This document shows, one piece after another, positions 29,606-35,064 of a DNA stretch of 64,000 nucleotides. The stretch is taken from the NCBI GenBank assembly GCA_048260165.1, contig JBLXHA010000014.1, forward strand, positions 62,882-126,881. Direction: 5' to 3'. The stretch's first letter is position 1. The number at the start of each line of letters is the position of its first letter. Source of the stretch: Verrucomicrobiales bacterium. GTDB lineage: Bacteria > Verrucomicrobiota > Verrucomicrobiia > Verrucomicrobiales > DEV007. A model generated the notes under the pieces. It was given only the letters and a program-made list of their open reading frames with translations, was not told the DNA's origin and made no database searches. Made by a program: the position numbers and the translations under genes.

Positions 29606-29700
29606 GAGCCGTTGCTCAGCGAGCCGATGTTCCGGGAGCCGTTGCTCCGGGAGACGGAATGAGCCTTATCCCGCTACCCCACCCGCGCGTAGCGGAAGGA
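29606..29700. repeat. 3 x 15-bp tandem repeat followed by a fragment of the interspersed repeat family
   Basis: gagccgttgctcagc / gagccgatgttccgg / gagccgttgctccgg (29606-29650). Then gagacggaatgagccttatcccgctac matches the 5' end of the 41546 and 42576 repeats (23 of 27 by hand). Confidence 0.6.
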
Positions 29701-29747
29701 GAATCCCTTCCACCCCACCTTTCCCGCGCGCGCCCTCCACGATTGCC

Positions 29748-30059
29748 ATGACAGAGAAACGCTATCAAATCGCCAAGCCCATCCCCAAAGGACGCAGCCG
29801 GTTTTCGATCGTATCCGACCCGAAACCCGGCACCCTCGGCGGCACGCGGTCCGGCAAACTTTACGGACGCCTCGACTGCCCCTCCGCCCTGATCTACGTC
29901 GCGAAAGGGACCTATCAGAAAAACCGCGTCTTCTTTCACACCGAAGAAGACGCCATCGCCTGCGGATTCCGCCCCTGCAGCCGCTGCCTCCCCGAAAAAT
30001 TCGCCGCCTGGAAGGCCGCACAGGCGTCCGGGAAAGAGCCCCCGCCGCGAGAAAAGTAG
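29748..30059 (+). CDS. Ada metal-binding-domain protein
   Basis: 103 aa from ATG 29748: YGRLDCPSALIYVAKGTYQKNRVFFHTEEDAIACGFRPCSRCLP, the Ada Zn-binding domain pattern. The longer track ORF (29523) runs through the tRNA-flanking repeats. Confidence 0.7.
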   Translation: MTEKRYQIAKPIPKGRSRFSIVSDPKPGTLGGTRSGKLYGRLDCPSALIYVAKGTYQKNRVFFHTEEDAIACGFRPCSRCLPEKFAAWKAAQASGKEPPPREK

Positions 30060-30190
30060 CAAATCCGCCTGTAGCCGCGTCCCGTGGGCGCGGTCGCACG
30101 AACAGGGAATTCCCGAACGCTCCGGAGAGCGAGGTCACGGCCCTCACCTACAGGTAAAGCCGTCGAACACCCGCGCCGGGCGCGTTTGAA

Positions 30191-30745
30191 TTACCCTTTG
30201 ATCGCCGCCTCGATCGCTTCGGTTACGGACGAGTCATCGGGCTGAACGCGGGTCGCGAAACGACGAAGGAGTTTGCCGTCTTTTCCGATGAGAAACTTTT
30301 CAAAGTTCCAGCCGATGTCGCCTTTTTTGTCGGGGTTTTCCGCGCTCGTGAGATACTGAAACAGCGGCGCCTGATCGTCCCCTTTTACGGAAACTTTCGA
30401 CATCATCGGAAAAGTCACGCCGTAGTTTTTCTCGCAGAATTCCGCGATCTCCTCTTCCGTGCCCGGCTCCTGACCGCCGTAGTTGTTCGCCGGAAAACCA
30501 ATCACGGCAAAACCGTCTTTCCCATACTTCAGATTCAACGCCTGAAGCGGATCATACTGAGGCGTCGCGCCGCACTTCGAAGCGACGTTGACGATGAGAA
30601 GAACTTTCCCTTTGTATTCCGAAAGGTCGACTTCCTTCCCCTCGATGTCCTTGACCTGGTAATCATGAACCGATTCCTTGACCTCATCAGCGAAGGAAAA
30701 GGTAGCTGTTAGAGCAAGCGCGAGCGTGGTGAGCAGTGTTTTCAT
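30191..30745 (-). CDS. glutathione peroxidase (Cys type)
   Basis: Signal-like MKTLLTTLALALTATFSFA, then LLIVNVASKCGATPQY, FPANNYGGQEPG and WNFEKFLI. The ATG is at 30745. The active-site residue is Cys, not a TGA codon. Confidence 0.9.
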   Translation of the reverse strand: MKTLLTTLALALTATFSFADEVKESVHDYQVKDIEGKEVDLSEYKGKVLLIVNVASKCGATPQYDPLQALNLKYGKDGFAVIGFPANNYGGQEPGTEEEIAEFCEKNYGVTFPMMSKVSVKGDDQAPLFQYLTSAENPDKKGDIGWNFEKFLIGKDGKLLRRFATRVQPDDSSVTEAIEAAIKG

Positions 30746-30913
30746 AGTTGGTTGGTTAGTTGGAAAGATTACGTTTCTTTCAGAGTTTGAGATCGTTTGT
30801 AAATATTCCGAATATTCCACGATCTGTCCCCTGCGCGTATCAGTATTTCCCGCCATCGCGGATGCTGGTTCGAAGATTTCGAATCACTGGATATCGGGGG
30901 TGCGCCGTGAGTA

Positions 30914-30978
30914 TCCCGGGAACGTCCACGTCCCCGTCGGCATTCTAATGACTACATAAAGTGTCGGCGATTCCGCAC
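30914..30978. repeat. ~65-bp direct repeat, left copy
   Basis: tcccgggaacgtccacgtccccgtcggcattctaatgactacataaagtgtcggcgattccgcac. About 52 of 65 positions are identical to 31958-32022 by hand alignment. Confidence 0.7.
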
Positions 30979-30988
30979 TCGACCAATG

Positions 30989-31150
30989 CAGACCCCATCC
31001 GCCGGAGTCTCTGTGCGGATGGGCAGAGAAGCGTCACACGGAGTGTGACGCCTACGTATCCATCACACTCCGTGTGATGGTCAGAGCCTACCCGCCGGAG
31101 CCTCCTCTCTGTTAGGCAGAGAACACAGCTTGCAAACCTGTGCTACGACA
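30989..31150. repeat. palindrome-rich interspersed repeat, copy R1 (partial/rearranged)
   Basis: Shares with R2/R3 the blocks ccgccggag(t/c)ctc, catcacactccgtgtgatg, tcagagcc(t/c)acccgccggagcctcc, ggcagagaacaca and ttgcaaacctgtgctacg. It also has an inverted extra copy tcacacggagtgtga. Confidence 0.75.
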
Positions 31151-31213
31151 ATACCGCCCGGCTGACCCGATTTGGGACCCGTCCCGCGGCCAATTGCCTG
31201 AAATCCACGGGCT

Positions 31214-31925
31214 GCCCCCCAAAATCCAAGCACCCACTGCCGAGCTGAAGGCTCGAACGAAAACAGCACGGGGTTTCAACCCCGTGAAAACCATCATCCC
31301 ACCCCGAGCGTCCTGAAAGGCCGCCCGAAAACGTTGGTCGGCCCCAAAATTTCCCGGACCATGCGAATACCCCGGGGCCTGTCCCTCTTCCGCCCCCCCA
31401 AAATCCAAGCACCCACTGCCGAGCTGAAGGCTCGAACGAAAACAGCACGGGGTTTCAACCCCGTGAAAACCATCATCCCACCCGGAGCGTCCTGAAAGGC
31501 CGCCCGAAAACGCTGGTCGCCCCCAAAATTTCCGGGGCCATGCGAATACCCCGGGGCCTGTCCCTCTTCCGCCCCCCCAAAATCCAAGCGCCCACTACCG
31601 AGCTGAAGGCTCGAACGAAAACAGCACGGGGTATCAACCCCGTGAAAACCATCATCCCACCCCGAGCGTCCTGAAAGGCCGCCCGAAAACGCTGGTCGGC
31701 CCCAAAATTTCCGGGGCCATGCGAATACCCCGGGGCCTGTCCCTCTTCCGCCCCCCAAAATCCAAGCGCCCACTGCCGAGCTGAAGGCTCGAACGAAAAC
31801 AGCACGGGGTTTCAACCCCGTGAAAACCATCATCCCACCAGGAGCGTCCTGAAAGGCCGCCCGAAAACGTTGGGCGGCCCCAAAATTTCCGGGGCCATGC
31901 GAATACCCCGGTGCTTGTCCCTTTT
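31214..31925. repeat. tandem array, 4 units of ~179 bp
   Basis: The anchor aaaatccaag recurs at 31221, 31400, 31579 and 31757 (periods 179, 179, 178). Units are near-identical apart from a few substitutions. Each contains the hairpin cacggggtt-tc-aaccccgtg. The period is not a multiple of 3. Confidence 0.92.
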
Positions 31926-31957
31926 ACACCCTTCGGTGAATCACGTCGCTCAGTCAT

Positions 31958-32022
31958 TCCCGGGAGCGCTGACGTCCCCGTCGGCATTCTTGTGACTAGA
32001 TAAGATATCGCCGATTCTTCAC
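31958..32022. repeat. ~65-bp direct repeat, right copy
   Basis: tcccgggagcgctgacgtccccgtcggcattcttgtgactagataagatatcgccgattcttcac. It abuts and overlaps the stop codon (32019-32021) of the last island gene. Confidence 0.7.
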
Positions 32023-32570
32023 GCTTCGCGATTCTCTGGAGAACAATCTCTCGTGATTCTCTCGACCGCACCTGCTAACTGATAAAGCCGCTGGCGGGCA
32101 TCGTTAAGTTCTTCAAAAGTCATGTGCCACGTCTCAGAGTCAAAGGGCCGATCAAAATCCTTCGGTAGAGACAGGGTCATTCTTGATGCTTTCAGTCCCG
32201 TCGCCATGTCGTCATCTTGAATAATTGTCATGTGCGCATGAGCAAGATGATTCCGAATTTCCCGGAGCGGTTCGATCGCTTTAGCGAGACGGGCAAAATC
32301 ATTCTGCACCTCTTTAGAAAATCCTCCCTCTTTCACAATGGCCAAGGTTCTGCTCACCCGATCTTTAAAATGCAGGTCCCTTACCTTATCAAAATCGTCA
32401 TCCGAAAGATGCCTGCTTAAAAATGCAAGTAGGTCCAGTTCCATCGCACCGAACCCAAGGATGAAATTCCCGACGGATGAATCCCAAGTCGATTGAGCGG
32501 GAAAGATTCTAGCATCCTCGATCCGGAGGTTTGAGCCCGGTGGCTCTGAACGGTTATCGTCGGAAGGCAT
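32019..32570 (-). CDS. HEPN-like protein (Rx4H motif), cassette gene C
   Basis: 183 aa with ATG start. A single IRNHLAH motif (R106..H111, nt 32238-32255) sits in a helix-rich sequence. The family cannot be named by eye. Confidence 0.6.
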   Translation of the reverse strand: MPSDDNRSEPPGSNLRIEDARIFPAQSTWDSSVGNFILGFGAMELDLLAFLSRHLSDDDFDKVRDLHFKDRVSRTLAIVKEGGFSKEVQNDFARLAKAIEPLREIRNHLAHAHMTIIQDDDMATGLKASRMTLSLPKDFDRPFDSETWHMTFEELNDARQRLYQLAGAVERITRDCSPENREA

Positions 32571-32616
32571 CCGTTTTCGGTGAAGTTATTGGCTCGGAGG
32601 ATCGAGGGCTTTTCGT

Positions 32617-33105
32617 TTAGGCATTTGGCACAAAACCCAGCGATTGAGCGAGTTCGAATAAATGCTGCGCCTTGAGTGCATTTAGATGTTCCCAAAAATC
32701 TTGATCGCCCTCGTATGTCGAAGTCCAGAACCTTTGAAAGCGTTGCCCCTGCTCAAGATCGCTATCGAAATGATCGACCGCATGAACGGTTTCACCTTTT
32801 GTTCTACACGCACAAAAGATCAGAGCAGGAGAATATTCATCATTGATGGATCTCAGTCGCCTCTGAAGGAGTCTTCCTGGATCTCCGCAGGAGACTATGG
32901 CCACGTTTCTGCCTTCGACAGAAATTACGAAGGTAAAATCCAGGTGAGGATCTTCGGCGACTCGCTCATCCACTATTGGGCGCACGCCGGGAAACGCATT
33001 CACAAAAACGTTACTCAATGCCCGGAGCGTTTGCGTCTTTCCTGAATTCGCACGATGCCACAGAGCAATGACAGCACGGCTTGGTTGGTTTTGACTTGGT
33101 ATCAT
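32617..33105 (-). CDS. small P-loop-like protein (degenerate Walker A), cassette gene B
   Basis: 162 aa with ATG start. AVIALW-HRANSGKT-QTLRAL (nt ~33034-33057) reads as strand, P-loop, helix. The later hydrophobic strands NVAIVSCGD and PALIFCACRTKGE are possible Walker B candidates. Confidence 0.5.
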   Translation of the reverse strand: MIPSQNQPSRAVIALWHRANSGKTQTLRALSNVFVNAFPGVRPIVDERVAEDPHLDFTFVISVEGRNVAIVSCGDPGRLLQRRLRSINDEYSPALIFCACRTKGETVHAVDHFDSDLEQGQRFQRFWTSTYEGDQDFWEHLNALKAQHLFELAQSLGFVPNA

Positions 33106-33214
33106 CGGTATTTTCAGAATGGTATGGAGGGCAAAAAATCACTCGTTGGTTCAATCAGATGGCCGATCCTCACCTCAAAATTGGTCGGGGCCGGTCACTC
33201 GACGACACCATCCT

Positions 33215-33862
33215 CTATTGTTTAAAACTCTCCCAGCCGAGGGCGTCGAACACCGCTTTGAAAAAATTGGTCACGGATTCATGCAGGTAATCGCAGAGTT
33301 CTTTTGGAATGGCCAACTCTCCATCTTCGATGAGATCAAACTTTTGAAAGCTCTTGTCTAACTTAACCAGCTCCTTTATTGCATCTGCCGAGCGCTGATC
33401 CACAGCAGCGTGGACGAGGTAATTTCTGAGGCGTTGAAAAGGCCCGATTGGTGCCCAGACGCTGTGATCTCGGGGTAGAATTTTGACGTAGTCAGCTAAA
33501 AATAGTTTGGCTTTGTCGGTCAGGCTCCCGTTGAAGTCACCGAGCCGAAGGTCAAGCCCTTGCTGATTTCCAGCAGCTTTACAGACATCCTTCAGGTGGC
33601 CTTCAAAGAGGACAAACAAGCGAATGATTTCTGCGGAACGGAGAGCTCGTTGCTGCACTCGGTCCTGTTGCTCCAATCCGCTCAATGTTGATCGAAGAAG
33701 CTGGTAGTCTTCCTTGTTTTCAACCGGGGTATCTCGCTCAAACTCCTCCGAAGCCTCCTTCTGGACTCGCTTCAATTCTTCTTCAAGTTTATCAAACAGG
33801 CGACGGGTCAACGAAAGGTCGTAAACAGTATCAAAACCCCGGAAATCGATATTCAGATCCAT
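33215..33862 (-). CDS. HEPN-like protein (Rx4H motif), cassette gene A
   Basis: 215 aa with ATG start, 14 nt downstream of the Mrr-like gene stop. LRNYLVH motif (R146..H151, nt 33410-33427). Confidence 0.6.
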   Translation of the reverse strand: MDLNIDFRGFDTVYDLSLTRRLFDKLEEELKRVQKEASEEFERDTPVENKEDYQLLRSTLSGLEQQDRVQQRALRSAEIIRLFVLFEGHLKDVCKAAGNQQGLDLRLGDFNGSLTDKAKLFLADYVKILPRDHSVWAPIGPFQRLRNYLVHAAVDQRSADAIKELVKLDKSFQKFDLIEDGELAIPKELCDYLHESVTNFFKAVFDALGWESFKQ

Positions 33863-33876
33863 TGTCTCGTGAGTGA

Positions 33877-34890
33877 TTAGTCTTCCGAGTCCTCGATGGG
33901 TTCAGGGACATAGACGCGACGCAATGGGAGCACGCTCTTGTAGCGTGAATCGAAGGCTTCGTAGTTCTGAAAGATGAGGTCAACGAGTCCGTCTCCGTCG
34001 ATCAATCTCAGGTTTCCCTTTCCTTGCTCAAAGTTCCAGCAATGGGACGAAAAAGTGCCCAGGGTAATGAAAAGTCCATACTCGCCAGCCGAGAGTTTAC
34101 CAAAAAGTGCCGAGACGTCTTTGTCGGTGATGGTCCCGTCGCCACTTTTCACCTGCACTTTAATAATCGGCGGCTCGATGCCTAACTGATCCTTGTGGGC
34201 AATGACATCTACACTCGGTTCGTTGGTCCGGGCCAGTCGCGCCTGATACCCCATACACTCAAGCAAATGCCGCACGAAATCCTCAAGCGGAAGTCCCTTC
34301 AGTTCCTGGGAAAGGCGTTTGAGCACGAAGTCACGGGTGGTTTCCTCAATGTCCTCAGCGACGGCAGCGAGGGTTTCATCTTCAGAGACTGCAGGTGCCT
34401 TGATCTTGCCGTCCAGGGCAACGCGGAACTCATCGGCATAGTTCTTAATCTGGAAAAGGCTCATCGCGCTTCCACTTTCATAGAGTGCGCCTTGAGTGAA
34501 CTGTTTGCGCTCGAATTCCTTGAGCCATTCGACCTTGCGGATATTTGGATAGCTTGCGGCCAATTGCGGGGCATGCTCGTATTCCCCGGTGATCCGCCCA
34601 ATATGGATCTTACGGGTGTTCTTGTTAGGAAATACAACCAGATCGCCCACTTCTGCTTCGTGAATGAAGCGAAATAGCTGGCCCGCGTTGTTCGGAATTG
34701 CTCCGGGTTTCTTTTTCGGATAGGCCGCACTGACCGCCGCCTTGAAGGCATCCCGGTTCGGGCTCAACAACGAAAGATCGCCCATCGCTCCCCAGCCCAG
34801 ACCAATGCAGTTCTGATTCAAGAAGAGGATTGCTGCGTCGCCTGTCTTGCCGGCATGGATGCCCCAAATCGGTGTGATCGAGTTATTCAT
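33877..34890 (-). CDS. Mrr-like restriction endonuclease with an N-terminal extra domain
   Basis: The C-terminal half VDVIAHKDQLGIEPPIIKVQVKSG ... GLFITLGTFS matches the Mrr_cat D...(Q/E)xK nuclease pattern. The N-terminal ~150 aa (IWGIHAGKTGDAAILFLNQNCIGLGWGAMGDLS...) is the type of domain often fused to Mrr-family enzymes. Confidence 0.75.
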   Translation of the reverse strand: MNNSITPIWGIHAGKTGDAAILFLNQNCIGLGWGAMGDLSLLSPNRDAFKAAVSAAYPKKKPGAIPNNAGQLFRFIHEAEVGDLVVFPNKNTRKIHIGRITGEYEHAPQLAASYPNIRKVEWLKEFERKQFTQGALYESGSAMSLFQIKNYADEFRVALDGKIKAPAVSEDETLAAVAEDIEETTRDFVLKRLSQELKGLPLEDFVRHLLECMGYQARLARTNEPSVDVIAHKDQLGIEPPIIKVQVKSGDGTITDKDVSALFGKLSAGEYGLFITLGTFSSHCWNFEQGKGNLRLIDGDGLVDLIFQNYEAFDSRYKSVLPLRRVYVPEPIEDSED

Positions 34891-34902
34891 TGTGAAGGAT
34901 GT

Positions 34903-35061
34903 TCAATCAAAATCAGAGTAGTCTGAGCTGATGGTGAACTGGTAGTTCTCAGCCTGGTTATTCGTTTCAAAGACATCCCAGAGGAAGGCGACGTATTCCC
35001 CCTCCTTCGGGGTTTTGAAGGAGAGCGGGAGGTAGTTGGCGAGTTCGAGGGAATCTTCCAT
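34903..35061 (-). CDS. tiny acidic ORF (52 aa), below the ORF-track cut-off
   Basis: MEDSLELANYLPLSFKTPKEGEYVAFLWDVFETNNQAENYQFTISSDYSDFD. The ATG lies 3 nt after the hsdMS TAA and in the same frame; its stop lies 12 nt before the Mrr ATG. 11 D/E versus 2 K and no R. Confidence 0.35.
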   Translation of the reverse strand: MEDSLELANYLPLSFKTPKEGEYVAFLWDVFETNNQAENYQFTISSDYSDFD

Positions 35062-35064
35062 GGC

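Noticed and set aside
29523-29747. N-terminal extension of the Ada-domain ORF (the track start at 29523 gives 178 aa).
   Set aside because: The extension begins inside the tRNA-Arg 3' end and reads through the 15-bp tandem repeats (SASRCSGSRCSG...). The Ada Zn-binding domain starts cleanly at ATG 29748.
30191-30745. Possible selenocysteine recoding in the glutathione peroxidase.
   Set aside because: The active-site position is an ordinary Cys codon (VASKCGATPQ). There is no in-frame TGA.
31214-31925. Possible CRISPR array.
   Set aside because: The whole ~179-bp unit is repeated, with no unique spacers. The unit length is far beyond CRISPR repeat plus spacer dimensions, and no cas genes are in the window.
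31081-32071. Several 60-180-aa ORFs on the minus strand across the 179-bp array and R1 (for example 31294-31833 and 31473-31805), with repeating peptide blocks such as MMVFTGLKPRAVFVRAFSSAVGAWILGG.
   Set aside because: The repeat period (178-179 bp) is not a multiple of three, so each ORF reads successive units in different frames. The peptides are translation artefacts of a non-coding tandem repeat.
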